This document shows, in pieces, positions 39,201 through 53,269 of a stretch of 64,000 bases of DNA. This stretch comes from Podarcis erhardii (lineage: Eukaryota). Numbering within the stretch: the first letter of the stretch is position 1; each line of letters starts with the position of its first letter. The stretch lies in NCBI GenBank assembly GCA_964252035.1, contig OZ176200.1, one strand, 5' to 3'. The translations under genes and the position numbers were made by a program. Below the pieces are notes generated by a model. That model did no database searches. It saw only the letters and a list, made by a program, of their open reading frames with translations, and was not told where the DNA came from.

Positions 39201-39450
39201 TGGTTGATAAAATGGTGCCCATTGCAAAAGTTCTAATTCCATACTTGGGTGGGTGGGTGGGGTCAGGTAGTCTTTCTGTGGCATGAGGAAAGACAAGAAA
39301 CACCAGGATGACAATAGTTGGATGATGACGTAGTGTGGATGCCCACATTTTAAAGTGGGTGAACAAATCATGGCAATCCCACACTTAACTCTTAGCAAGG
39401 AAGCACCTCGCTTTTTCAGCCTCACAGACAGTTCCCATATGGAGTCTTTT

Positions 39451-39789
39451 GGCCCTGTCTGCACTATACATTTAAAGCGGTATTGTACCACTTTGAACAG
39501 CCATGCCTCCCCCCCCCAAAGAATCCTGGGAACTGTAGTTTTGTTAAGAGTACTGAGTGTTCATACGGGACCCTTATTCCCTCACAGAGCCACAATTTCC
39601 GGAGTAGTTTAGCAGTGTAATTTTTCTTCCCAGACAATTCTGCAAATGATAGCTCTGGGAGGGGAATAAGGGTCTCCTAAGAGATCTCAGCACCCTTATA
39701 AACTACAGTTCCCAGGACTCTTTGGGGGAAGCCACGGCTGTTTAGCATGGGATAATACTGCTTCAAATATATAATGCAAATGGGGCCTT
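39451..39789. mobile_element. Palindromic MITE-like element, full length
   Basis: GGCCC termini and inverted internal arms (CCTGGGAACTGTAGTTT / AAACTACAGTTCCCAGG); same family as 5030-5285. Confidence 0.7.
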
Positions 39790-40681
39790 TTGACATGTGT
39801 TCCTCTTTAATTTTGACACACCATAACCTGGTTGATCTGAGCTAATCTATTAGGAATGCAGGGATTTTGGGGATCCTGTGTCAGCACTGAGAACTGGACA
39901 AGATCACCTTCACCTCCCTCCCTGCCTCATGCTTGTCTTCCAGCCTCTTTGGCAACAAACCTCAGTTTTGCAATTAATTATCCCTCACATTCTAAGCCCT
40001 TAAGGCTCCTTTGGACCAGAGCTTGCCAATTAGGAAGTTGGGCAACATTCATTTTCCAAAGTGGGCCCATCATGAAGATGAAAACATCAAATTTGTTTTC
40101 CATTATAATGCAGACAGGCTTTGAACTTCGCTCTTTCAGGATGAAAGGAGCGTTCCACTAAGCCTCTGCTCCACCAACCTCCCTACGGTACTACCTAATA
40201 CAGCCCTGAACTAAGCCCTTTCTGATAAATGTCAATGCCAGTCAGCTTGGCAGCTGTAGACACAATTTGGGTCATGGTGTTGGAATTTGACTGTGTGTAT
40301 ATATATTCTGTGCCACCTCTGACACCATTATGTCATGTGCCAAGTGCACAAGTGAGTCAATGGTGATCGTGATTTATACTGATAAAAGAAAGAGAAATGA
40401 CCCAAAGGTAATTCTTTGCACACGAAGGACATGGTATATAATCAGGAACATGTATGAGTTTCAGTGTTTTCCTCCATTTCTTTCTGTATTTTCTCAAGCT
40501 CATACCCTTGACGACCTCTTCTGTAATTGAAAAAATAGCAAGTCTTTGCTGACGTCCATTCAAGAAAGTGAAACTTTGGGAAAAGATCAGCATCCAACAC
40601 AATATGTAATCATAATACGATTTTTTTTGTATTCTACAATTTATTTAAAGACAACGACCAATGAGTAAATTTATTAAGTTC

Positions 40682-41238
40682 TGTTGTTGTTTAGTCGTTT
40701 AGTCGTGTCCGACTCTTCATGATCCCAAGGACCAGAGCATGCCAGGCACTCCTGTCTTCCACTGCCTCCCGCAGTTTGGTCAAACTCATGCTGGTAGCTT
40801 CGAGAATACTATCCAACCATCTCATCCTCTGTTGTCCCCTTCTCCTTGTGCCCTCCATCTTTCCCAACATCAGGGTCTTTTCCAGGGAGTCTTCTCTTCA
40901 CGTGAGGTGGCCAAAGTATTGGAGCCCCAGCTTCACAGTCTGTCCTTCCAGTGAGCACTCAGGGCTGATTTCCTTAAGAATGGATAGGTTTGTTCTTCTT
41001 GCAGTCCATGGGACTCTCAAGAGTCTCCTCCAGCACCATAATTCAAAAGCATCAATTCTTCGGCGATCAGCCTTCTTTATGGTCCAGCTCTCACTTCCAT
41101 ACATCACTACTGGGAAAACCATAGCTTTTACTATATGGACCTTTGTTGGCAAGGTGATGTCTCTACTTTTTAAGATGCTGTCTAGGTTTGTCATTGCTTT
41201 TCTCCCAAGAAGCAGGCGTCTTTTAATTTTGTGGCTGC
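40682..41238 (-). mobile_element. BovB (RTE) LINE 3' fragment
   Basis: KIKRRLLLGRKAMTNLDSILKSRDITLPTKVHIVKAMVFPVVMYGSESWTIKKADRRRIDAFELWCWRR; (AAC)n tail as at 949-1046; no TSD found. Confidence 0.95.
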
Positions 41239-42579
41239 AACTCATCACACAGTCATTGGTTGACTCTAGATGAGAAGGAGTGTAACTCAGCGTTGACAGA
41301 GCGCTTGCTTTGAATGCAGAAAAACCCAGGTTCAATCATTACAATGTTTACTTCCACTGATCAAGTATCAATATATGGAACAATACCTGTCTTGATCCTG
41401 GAAAGCCATTGCCTATTAGGGTTAGGGATTGAGTAAAGAATCCAACAAACTTGGATTCCTAAGCAGACTCATCGAATTCAGTCTGAGTGGATCATAACCT
41501 GGATCAGACCATCAATAGACTCCAGAATTCACAGTCCAGTAGCTTCCTTTACAAAACAGCTGGAGGGCTGTGTCGTTGTCTCCTTCATTTCTGTAAAATG
41601 TGTTTCTATCTTTTTAACTTCTCAAAAAGTGGTAATCCAGCCACACAGAGCCTGGAGTAGGCAACATGTGAGACTTCTTGCCACCACGTGCTTTGAATGC
41701 ATGCAACAGGTCCCTCTGTGAGTGATGGGGTTTGACATTTTGTCACGATCAGGCAGTATTGTATGGGTAAAATTTGGCTGCCTGAGTGGCTTTGAACTGC
41801 TTGAGAAGAACTTTTTAAAAAGTGTTTTTGTGCCAATTTTTAAGGGTTTTGAATTAAAAAACCACATTGAAATGGGGCAGGATGGACTTAGCCCCATCTC
41901 CATGAAGAATTGGAATGGACCACTTATATTTGATCAGAAGAGACAGTACTGAGCTAGACAGAGCAGTGGTCTGACTTGGCATAAAGCAGCATCATATCGT
42001 GAGGGTTCATTTCACCACTAGGTTTGGACTGAAAAGTTTTGGTAGAATTGCTTAGGTGATGGTGCCCTCAGACACCCACCTTGGCACCCACGGAGGCCCT
42101 TGTACCTCCCCATTTTGGCTGTGAGCCCTGGAAGACCTGCTCCCTGCCTTGGAGGTCATTTTCCACCTGGCCTGAGTGACCCAGCTTTGGGATTTCATAT
42201 CCCATATCGGAAGTGTTGAATTTTTTTTGGTGATTATTTGAGAAAGTAACTATAAAAAAAAACCTCCCCCCCCACCAAAAAAAAAAGCGCTCAACAACTT
42301 TTGTGTCTGGATTTTGACTTCTTGAAATATATATTTTGATTTCTTGAAATAGCCCTTGATAGCCATTTTGTGACCAGGCAGGACCCCACCCCACCCAACA
42401 CACACACACACACACACACATCCTTGACAGCCATATTATAGTGGTGACCAGAATTGTTTCTCATATTCCACATGTGCCTCCCAAGTCCAAAAAGGATGGA
42501 AACCATGGGGTAAGACCCTGAAATGAGGGGAACTGTCAGAAGTGGGAGGATACCTAGAAACATTTCTGGAGATGCTTAC

Positions 42580-42597
42580 CTTTGCCCTGTGGCCCTT
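42580..42597 (-). other. Candidate 18-nt microexon AAGGGCCACAGGGCAAAG
   Basis: tttgtttcag acceptor and AAG|gtaagc donor; may be chance. Confidence 0.15.
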
Positions 42598-43134
42598 CTG
42601 AAACAAATTGTTATATATTCCCCTTCTTGGAGAGACAAAGAGAGAGAGGGAGAGGGAGAGAGAGAGATCTGCTAGCTTACAGACACCATTATTTGTCTCC
42701 CAGAAGGTGACAGTGTTGGTGCCACATCTTGATGCAAGGCTTGATGCTAGGGTTACCAATGGTACCGGCCTTCTGGAAGAATAATGGTGGCTGGAATGCA
42801 GCAGCTGGAAGCGAGACAGAGAAAGGATAAACTTGACTTCTAAAATTTGGGTTGACTTTTTCAAAGGATATGAGACAAAAAATATTATTCCATTCCTATG
42901 TCCCTAAATGACATGTAATTTCACATTTACAGAAAGTAGAGTTTCAGCCTAACAAGCAGTTACCACAGAAGTGGGTCTGTTTTCAGACTAGCCACCTTAA
43001 AAATGGCACCATTAATTTGATGGATATACATATGTGTCCATTTTGTCAAGTATATGCAGTTGGAAACAACAATTGCATTTAAATATAGAAAAAACTGAGA
43101 GTTTTGGGGCGTTTTACCAATAGTCTTAAATAGC

Positions 43135-43177
<43 letters not shown>
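43135..43177. repeat. (TAT)n microsatellite
   Basis: Directly visible. Confidence 0.95.
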
Positions 43178-45603
43178 TGATTTACTGTATTTTTTATCTG
43201 CACTGGGTAGTTTGCCTGGTAAAACAATGTATTAATTAATTACACAAAGGGCAATAGCTGCAAAGAAGGCAGAATTTCACGTTGAACAGCTTTCCCATCA
43301 GAGTACTACATATAAGTCAAGAATGAAATATCGTTGGTCCCATCTCCCCAGTTATGATTTCAAGATAAACAGTCTGTCTATAGCAGCTGGCTCTCCTTTT
43401 GTTCCAGGAGGTCTGTATTTAGCCCATGTAAAATGAATTTCGTTTGTCTGAGATCAAACTGGCTGCATTGTCAAAACAATGGCTCGGGCTGGCAACCCCC
43501 TTCGACAGGAAACTTGTGCACACATTCTCTCTCAAACACATACTATTTTGACGTCTGCCACACCACTTGTGGTTGTCCTTCAGCGCGCCGGACAATTAGA
43601 TTAAAAGGTGGTTGAAAAGCCGCTGTGGAAAAAAAAAATATAAGGGAAAAAAGGATCCCAAAGTGTAAATCACTCTGGGCAATGTAACCTCTGAAAGGAA
43701 GGTTTTGAATTCTCTGAAGGGAAGCACATTCCTTTCCCTTTTCACACAAACATTTGCATGCAGTCATGAGCAGGATATTGTCAATAATGCCGGATTAAAG
43801 GTGATTGGGGCCACAGTTGAGATCACTTGAGATTTCAAAGGAAGTTTAATGCTATGAATCTTATTTCTGGCCTGGGTACATTTTGGCCTGCTTCAGGCTT
43901 CTTGTGTGAAACACACATAAGTTGTCTCTTGCTATTTCACAGGCAAATTACTGATCTTCTCAGGCTGGTTGGGTTTCTTTGCAAGCTCAATTTCTTAACG
44001 CTGTGCTGCGTTCTAGAACTCCATAGTTTCTCCTTTTTCTTCAAAGTAAGAGCCAGGACATAGGATCACTTGCTTAACAAATTAAAATTGGAACTGTATC
44101 TGAGGATAGAAACAGATGATGGTGTAAAATTGAATCCAAATGAGGGGTTCTTATTTCGTTCGTTATTTCGTTTCGTTTTTCCTTTAAGCACAGAGCTCAT
44201 GTGCTGGTTTTAATCTAGGAGGCTGGATGCCAGTTTGGAACAGCCAGCAAAGCAGATACAATGCAGGCTTCTCTATCTTGCCCTATTACAACTTATCCCT
44301 GAACTCGGGTGACCTGCTTTGGGGCAAAAGGACAAATCGAGCCAGGGCCTCATATGATGAAAGGCAGAAGATTGTGATCAAGTACATGTGGGATCAGGGG
44401 TAGGGGAGAGGTTGATGTTTTTATGGAATAATGATGATTAGTAAAAGCAGACCTTTTTTTGGGGGGGGGGAGTGGAATCTGTGAACAGCCGTTCAGCTAA
44501 GTCTTGGTGGTATCCGCAGATTTATCATCTATGGACAGATATACAGCAGAGGCTTTCAGCACAAAAATATCTCATTTTGGCAAAGTACTGTCAAAGACCT
44601 GAGAAGCACCAATGCATCAGCAAAAGGTAAAGGAAGAATAGGTTGCTCAGTATGTTTTTCTCCTCATTCATATGTTCCATTTGTGAATAATATCAAGCAC
44701 AAACTATTGTAAATATAACTCTAATGTCATCCAAGGAGGAAGAATGTAGATACTTTCTCTTTTTACAAAGCACAAATGAAAAGCCTAACTATTGATCACA
44801 TAAAGAACTGAGCATTTGGAGAGAGAGAAATCTCTTGGGCTTCTGTATAGAAGCAGCAGGTGCCTTGAGAACCAAGGCCAATGAGATACATCACAACCCC
44901 AATGCAAATGCATCTCCACAAGACATGCAAGGTATGTGAGGGATAACCAGCCTCATAGAACCAACATGCTTAAGTCCAATAAACACATGAGAGAGATAAT
45001 ACCATAGACTAAGCTGTCCTGCCAGGCTTAGCTATGTCACTTCCCCTTACCTTCAGGGAAAATAGTTAAGCAAACTTATTGTTTTCCCCAGTCTACCCGA
45101 CGAGCTCAGCCGCATGGCTCTCTTCAATCATTATTGAGTTCTTATACAAATAATCTAGGAGATTTTACTGCTTTGTAACTAAGCTAAGTTCTACTGCCTG
45201 TGCAACTTCTCTGACTGAAAAACACATGAACCTGACCTTTGGAGAATTTGTAAGTATATCATTTTTAACTAACCAATCTTGTGGGGGTTTTTTCTATGCT
45301 GGGGGAAGAGGGAAATTTGGAAGGAATTTGGAAGGGCATATTTTAAAGGTTTAAGCCTATATTTCCACATTTTACTTTTCTACATCTTTCTGACTTTAAA
45401 TCTCTGCTATGGTTCTCTCATCAAAGAGTACGTGTCCTAAACTTGAATCTCGGCATCCAGAAATTATTTTTATATTTTTGGCACCAGCACAAACAGTAAT
45501 TTACATGTATTGCATGGAATGGAAACCTATGGCCCTCCAGATGTTGTCAGAGTACAGCTCTCATCATCCCTGACCATTAGCTATGCTGGCTGGGGCTCAT
45601 AGA

Positions 45604-45755
45604 AGTTAGAATCATAGAATCATAGAGTTGGAAGAAACCACAAGGGCCATCGAGTCCAACCCCCTGCCAAGCAGGAAACACCATCAGAGCACTCCTGACA
45701 TATGGTTGTCAAGCCTCTGCTTAAAGACCTCCAAAGAAGGAGACTCCACCACAAG
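45604..45755 (-). mobile_element. CR1 LINE 3' end with (ATTCTATG)n tail
   Basis: TAGAATCATAGAATCATAGAGTTGGAAG; shorter copy at ~38199-38270. Confidence 0.85.
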
Positions 45756-46792
45756 TTGGAGTTCAACAATCACTTTAAAATCAGTTGAGTAAAACAATGA
45801 AAAATTTTTATAGCTCTCGAGCTGCAATTCTACATTCACTTACCAGGGAACAAAGACCCATTGAAATCAATGGGGATTACTTCTGATTTCTGAGTAGAGT
45901 TGGGAGCAATGTTCAATTTTGTGTGGATTTTACTGAGAAACTGCCTAATTCACACTTCTCAGAGCAATACTTGAAGTGAAACACAGCTGTACTCTAAAAT
46001 ATTCACTTTTCGGGGGGGGGGGAATTCAATCACTGTTTTACAAGCAGCAATAAAGAGCAAAGAAAAAAAATAAAATAAAATATGCACTTTTCATATTTGG
46101 ATTCAGTTCTCCATCCAGCATCTAGAAAAACGCCCATATTAATGGAAAGTTTTCACTAAAAATCTATACCATCCTGAAAACAACAAATAAAATTGCATTA
46201 GGAAACATTGATTGTAAAAATATGTATATTCCTCAAACTACACGCAACATTGTTAATAGGCGAAAGTTGCACTAAAATGCTGACAAATGTTCATGAGGAT
46301 TAAAATAATAATAATGCAAATTTCTGCAGAAATGTGGAGAACTGAATTTAAGGCTGAAAAAATGAGAAAGTGGGACTGTCTATCGCTACTTCTGCTGAGA
46401 GATCGTAACTGCTGTGTAAAACACAATCAATCCCCTTCTAACCTTCCTTCCATCCTCAGCTGTGCCCAAGAAGTTAGGAAAAGTTGAATGGATAAAGAAA
46501 AACTGGAGGGTGGGGGGAATTGGAGCTAAATCTGCCGCTATGATCTGACTTCAGCTTACTTCACATCTTTGTCCAAGGCGATTTTTAATCAGGAGAAATC
46601 CAGACCAAGAGAATTATGGGATTATTTTTAGTGGCTTTGGAAGACAGTTGCTCATAAAACATGCCAAGAATAAAGCTCTCAGTGGCAACATTTAACACCA
46701 TTGTACTTGATTCCCAGAAAGGCATGTGGGTATTAGGTTTAAACACACCAAGCTTCTGTTTTTGAATCTGTGACAAAATAGGCCACACTCAC

Positions 46793-46815
46793 CTTTGCTC
46801 TTTCTGCAGCTCAGC
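46793..46815 (-). other. Candidate 23-nt microexon GCTGAGCTGCAGAAAGAGCAAAG
   Basis: attctctttag acceptor and consensus AAG|gtgagt donor; may be chance. Confidence 0.2.
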
Positions 46816-49800
46816 CTAAAGAGAATTAATCTAAAGGACTTTCACACGGAGCAGCAAGCAGCCAGACTGACTTGTCAGGCGTTTCGCTCATGCTGACATG
46901 AAGTGTACTGGAGAGCTGCTGGACAACTGGCTTGTTTTACAGCATTTCCTTGAGGCACAACTAGCCTTGCTCCAGTCTGCAAGGAAAAGTATAGTATGTC
47001 TGTTCTATCTATACAACAGAACCCACCATGGGACCTTTGGGTGAAGGTCAAGTAACTGTTGTTGTTGTTGTTGTTGTTAACAATAACACATGTCATGCAA
47101 GCAGAAATACAGTAGCACAAGTCACAAAAAGCTGCCATGTACTGTGTCCATTGGTCATTCCAGCCACTGTGGTGTAATGGCTAGACCAAGCATGGTGTAA
47201 TGGGAGACCAAGGTTTGAATTTCCATTCATCTTGGAAGCTCACTGTTTGACCTACCTCACAAGGTTTTTGCAACAATGAGATAGGGAGGAGGAAAACCAT
47301 GTCCACCACACTGAGCTCCTTGGGAGAAAACGTTTCGTGAATCTAACAGGAGAAGAAACTATTTTTTTTTTTAAAAAAGTTTCTTCTCTAGCATGGTGAT
47401 TGGTCAGTTTCGTTCTTACTACCTCCGATGGTGGCCTCATTTCCTGTCACAGTGTTTCCTGAGTCTCAGACGGAAGCGAGTGTTTAATGTGTGAAGTAGG
47501 AGTTGGAATTTAGCAGAGTGATTGGTCAGTTTCGTTGTTCCCACCTCTGATGGCAGCTTCCTTTCCTTTCCTGGTGATTTTCTTGAGTCAAAATGAGAGT
47601 ACCCCTAAACATTTTTTAAGAAAAAAAGCGCTGAATGTAATAAACACAAACACAGTATTGTATACAGTGTCTGGCAGTGGCTCTAGGGCAGGGACAGCCT
47701 CCCGATGTTTCGAACCCACAACATCTGTGACTATTGGCTATGGATGAGCAAATCTGCCAATTTCAATTTTTCCCAGTTTTCTCAGTTTTCCATTCTTAAA
47801 TTCAGTTCTCCAAATTTCCACATCAGTCTGTCATAGCTTTTTTTTTTTTTTAATGTTCTCTTAACAATTCATCAGCATGTTGCTGCGAATTTATTTTAAT
47901 ACACACATTGTTGTATGCAGTTTCCCTTCAGGTACACATCTTGGGAAGCATGTTTAGGATTGCAATCAGATATTTTCAGGCACTTTATGCTAGGGATGGG
48001 GGAGCCTTTGTTCCTCTGGATGATGTTGGACTACAACTGCCATCACACCCAAATACTGATGATCCTCCAGAGCATGCAGAGGGCCAGAGCATCCCCATCT
48101 CTGCCTTCCTAGCTTTCATGCCTGTGTCCAGGATCTCTTCAGTAGTTCTGCATTTAGTACTGCATGTGTGCTACACTTCGATTGTCACTCATTAATATTC
48201 GGGACCCTAGCTGAAATTTGAGTCTGTCTCTTTTCACGGCTCCAGGCATCCATTTGTTGAAATGAGCATCTTAAAATAATTAACTAGGAGAATCAAACTA
48301 GAATACTAGAGCTCCAGATCCTGTATGGTTACCCCCACTGTTTTCTGTTTTCTTCTCACTTGCCCTAGAAAAAAAGGAAAGCGCCAAGAGGCATTGGATA
48401 TGTTCCCTAACCCTTTGGCCTTCTCCTAACCTTTGGCCAAATCCCAATACATCCAAGAGTCCAGGAAAGCGGGACTAATGCAGAGCTCTTCCATCCACTG
48501 TATGTGACTGAGGTGACCTTTAAAATAGGAGGGATTTAGCATGAAAAATCATCAAAATTGAAACTGGGTAAGGCCAATGGGATTACCACCCATGACCCTT
48601 GAGAAACATCAGAAGCGCAGATTGAATGCCCCACATTTTATCCAACCATTAAAATTGCGAGCTTCATTTTCTACCTCTTAACCTTTCAATAGAAAATGCC
48701 GCAAACAATCCTGGGAAAAACAATTTCCCCACAGATAGCATGGAGAAAATCAATTACATTAATATAACAGGTGCTTTAAAATTTAATGAAAGATGGATTA
48801 GTTAGCAAATGAAAAAAAAAAAGCTTATCTTCACATCAAAAACAGCAATTCTAGTCAAAGCTTCTGTAAGTCATTTCAAGGAAATATATTTGGCGGATTA
48901 CTGCCCGATTCCCATAGTTTTACAATACAATAGCATCCATGCATGTAAGAAGTGACATTATCTTTAGCTTAAAATTTTAAGGCGCCATATCTGGCAATGT
49001 GAGATGCACTTCTCTGAAATAGCATTGCTATTAACCCACTGCTATCACCTCATGACCACAGCTTGCTGTTAACCCACAACCACAGCTTCCTAAGCTTTCT
49101 CAAAACAGGTTGAGGGAATTCACTGTATTATTTTTGAGAACGAACTTTGGACATTTTATCTATGCACTTTTCTTGTCCAGTGATTTTATTTACCTGCACT
49201 GTCTAGGGGAAGGTTGCCTTCTGGCATGAAACAACCGATCAAACATGACCAGAAAGATGTGGTGTTTCAACTTTATTTTTAATTATTATTGTTCATATTT
49301 AATATTGGGTGGTATTCAACTAAGTTTTACTCAGGATAGACAACTGAAATTAATGAATGTGCCTAAGTTCAGTCCCTCTATTTTAATAGATTTATTCTGA
49401 CCTTGTGCAAGGTTTCAGAAATTGTTTGGTCAGGTGAACACCTAAATACAGTTATGGTGACAACCTATGCTGGTTCCATGTTTTTGTTTACAAGTATTAC
49501 CTGTGCTGGGTCATGTGACAGGATCACACCAAACCAGGAGATGCAGCACAAGGAGAAAGTAAGAATCAGGTCCCTCACACTCAGTCATTGAGGCCAAAGC
49601 ATATTTATACACGAGGGAAAAGGTGGACTTTCAGTTTTGTGTGATACCATTTCTTTGGTTCATGAGGACCAGTGTGTAACATAATGGGGCACAGAGACTG
49701 CTACTTAGCTTGGCATTTAGAATAAATCTGTTTTCTGTAAGTGTGGCCTTATAAATTTCAAGCAGAAAAACATCGAAGGTACATTTTATTAAAATGCACT

Positions 49801-50412
49801 TATCCACGCTTGTATCTCTTTTATATCTTTCTTTATCTCTAGAAGCCAACTCTGCTGCCTTAATATTATTCAGAGCAGAGCAACTAAATTCCTGGTCAAA
49901 AAAAGAACTAAAAATGAATATGCTGTGTACATGTGTAATTATCACATAATTTAAGGCGTGAGGATTTTGCTAAAACTTATTATTTATACTTGGTGTATAT
50001 ATTGTCATCTGAGTGGTGGTTCCAAAGATAAAATAAATTGTTCCAAATATGATAAAAAGAATTGCAGCATAAACATTTCCAGCAGAGAGGGACTTGGCAG
50101 CAAAAGCTGACACCCTCTCGTAGAGGGGGCACATGAAGAAAGGCCTCAGAGGATGATCACAGGGTCAGAGATGGTTCCTATGCAGCTCACAGTCACTTCT
50201 CATTGAATGAGATGTACCCAGGAATAGCATAACCTCATGCAACATGCAACCTATCTGGAGGTTCATACAGTAAATGTGATGTTTGCACCCACCTGCACAT
50301 AGATATCAACTGAATTGTGCACCTTCGGCTACCAGACATTCTTCCCAGCCACTTTTCCCCGCTGCAAAATGGGGAAAACTGCATTTGAGAAGAATCTGGT
50401 CTTACATTACCA

Positions 50413-50477
50413 AAAAAAAAAAAAAAAAAAAAAAGAAAAAAAAGAAAAAAAAAGAAAAGAAAAGAAAAAAAAAAAAG
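50413..50477. repeat. A-rich low-complexity tract
   Basis: Poly(A) with (AAAAG)n interruptions; no TSD found. Confidence 0.9.
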
Positions 50478-51737
50478 ACAATTGAAGGGAACCACAAGAA
50501 TAACATAAATTGAGTTACAGCATAAAGGTTGTAATAACACCCCATAGATCATCTGCTTCGCCTGTTATTTCACTCTTCTCTGGACTTTTTTTTTTTTTTT
50601 TTTGGTCAGGTTGTAATTTATGCCTATCTTATGCTCCCGTTCTTACATTAAGAGATCTCTCCCCACTCACTCCAAGTTTATTTTTGATCTGACCTTACGT
50701 CACTGCCATGCATCTGTGCTAAGCCTAACCTGATCTTAATTCTAACTTGATCTATCATGCTTTGTATAAAATGCCATTAGTGGAGTGTTGAGCAAGATAT
50801 CATGAATCATAAAAATGGAGAGTCTGTATTGGACCTGACAGCTGATCTGCCATATGACCATGGCATAAGCTTCTTCTCCTCAGAGAAACATAATAGGTGA
50901 GTGGAGATAATGGATTCAAAGTGCTACACAAATGACAAGTGCCATTTAAAGTCTGTAATTTGGCCAGTGTGCTTTGCAAAACACTTTTAAGAGCCTGGCA
51001 AAATAAGCATCAATGCAGTACATTTTGTCTGGGACACATCTAACATCTCTGACCACTGTACAGTGTTTTTAATGCATTTTATCTTCATAAGGTTCCGGTG
51101 TGACAACTCCCTATATCACTTTTCTGGGGAGGAAAATTGATCGGTGGCTAGAGCTGGAGGAAAATTGATTCCCGGAAACTCAGAGAAAGACATCTTCACA
51201 CGTGCATTGACTGTCTTGCTGGGCAGACTATTCCAGTTATGGGATGATATGGGGCTGTGTGGGGCAGCGTAACAAACCTGTCCCTGGTAACACACCTGCC
51301 ATTGCAGACAAATAGGCTCAGGGGCTTTTCTACTAGAAACTTCTCAATTTGATTGGGAGCAAAGTAAAAGGGATCTACTTTCCTTTTGTTTATATATATT
51401 TATCCCGCCCCTGAGCCACTGTGATTGGCAAATCCCATTGGATCAAAGTGGGACATGCCACTCACGCTCTCTCATTCTCCCTGCCTGCAGCTTTCCCTTA
51501 TGCATTGGAGATTTCGCTTCCGGTGGAATGCTCCGCCTTTCCTTCCCCCTATGCTGGTGTTTACCTTATGGCTAGAGAAGCAGACACAGTTTGCTCTGAT
51601 AAGACGCGATGTTATATGCACTTAATGTAGTCTTCTTTAATGTCCCAAAGTGCCACGTAATGCTCTGTGTTTTCACCGATCCACCTGGTCACAACACGTC
51701 CCACAAAGTGTACCTCCTACCCATATCTACTTCATGC

Positions 51738-52439
51738 CATAGCTGTCAACTTACAGATTTGAAAATAAGGGACCAGCAGCGTCGAAAATAAGGGATCAGC
51801 AGCCAAAATAAGGGATTTTAGTCAACCAGCTCCTTTCCTTTCCCCCATAACAGTCAATCAAAGGAGCCTCCAAAACAAATCCAAAAGCCCCCCCCCCATG
51901 AGATCGCCGCCCGCCATTGTACTCAACCAGCTCCTTTCCTGTCCCCCCACCATGTGCCCCCGCTCCAGACAGACCTTTTCCCTGGCAAGGGTGAGTGGGC
52001 CATCAATGATGTATCCATCCGATTCCAAGCACAGGTATGTTCAACTTCTGAGCCCCTCTGAGCCAAAGGCAGAATGCCCAGCCAGCAGCCAAACGAAGCC
52101 TCAAGCAGTGGTTCCCACAGCACAGCAACCTGGCAAAGGGGATGCAGCAAGGAAAACCACCATCACCTCTCTGCTGGGAAGCGCTGAGCAAAGGCGAGTC
52201 CCCAGGCAACGTGGCCGATTTGATCAGCACAAGGCATGCAAGCTCCAAACTCCAGTCATTCCTATACTCCTTATTGGGTGAGCAACGCAGCCAAGCAACA
52301 CAGTTGGAGCCTCCCTCCTCCCTGGCCGGCAGAGAGGGAGGGAGAGGAGCTGCTTCCTTTGAAACCCGGGAAATTTAAGGGACATCATCAATAAGGGACA
52401 GCAGTGGGAAACAGCGCTGGGATAAGGTTGACAGCTATA
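51738..52439. mobile_element. hAT non-autonomous DNA transposon (702 bp)
   Basis: TIRs CATAGCTGTCAAC / GTTGACAGCTATA; perfect 8-bp TSD CTTCATGC; several subterminal (AA)TAAGGGA repeats at both ends. Confidence 0.9.
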
Positions 52440-53269
52440 CTTCATGCTTCTGAGTTGTTCTACATGCACCTTTAAAATTTAACAATTTTCTTTGTTGTTG
52501 CCATCCATCTATCCCAAGAGACCCTGGAGTGCAACTCCAGGGTTGAAGCCAAACTGCTGCATGAGCAGCACCAAAGTGACCTTCCTTATTAGAGGTTACC
52601 GCCCCCACACTTCCGCTGCGCTTTTCTGCTTGTGTGCTGGCACCTCGGTAAAACCACTTCTTACTGTTTATAGCAGAGTTTTCCCTGGAGGCAGAGGACA
52701 AGCACAGGAGTCATACTCAAATTCTTCAGTCAAGAGCTTATTGCTTGACTGGTTGCACAAGCATTTCTGTTACTATTACATACAAGCTATTTACATTCCA
52801 TCTTTATCTCTCCAGCACGGTATACTCTTAGTCCAGTAATTAACCATCCTGACACAGCAAAACTCACAGTATCAGCAGCACACATTGTCTTACTTCCAAA
52901 CACATGTGGGGGGAGCGCACTGCTCCTGGCAGCGCGATCCTGGTGGGGTGCCATAGCGCCTGACCCCCCATTGCGCTGGGCGCCATGCCCCCAGGACATG
53001 CGCCAGCCCCACCCCCTCCTGCTCTCCCCCCCCCAGCAAGAAGCTCTGTCACTGCTTCCAACCTTGTTGTCAGCATGCATGCTGACAGTGTGTGTGTGTG
53101 TTTTCCTCATGCAGAAATTGCAGCCTGCAACTTCCTCCCTTTATTTGCACCCCCAGCTGACCCCAATCAAGCCTACAGTGCCACTTCTACACACTAAGAA
53201 AAATCCTGGAACCCTCTTTAAAGCTTCCAGGAACTTTTTATCAGTTTCTTAAATATTTTTTTCTTAACA

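Noticed and set aside
40719-41273. 184-aa plus-strand ORF
   Set aside because: Antisense frame of BovB
42580-42597. Collagen gene inferred from the GPQGK reading
   Set aside because: Only two Gly-X-Y triplets and no other collagen-like exons in 64 kb
50884-50896. Plus-strand 13-nt microexon with good splice sites
   Set aside because: No supporting neighbours; shows that such patterns arise by chance, which is why all exon calls are low confidence
51898-53252. Cluster of overlapping GC-rich ORFs
   Set aside because: Inside hAT-type non-autonomous elements or GC-rich repeat DNA; no transposase motifs
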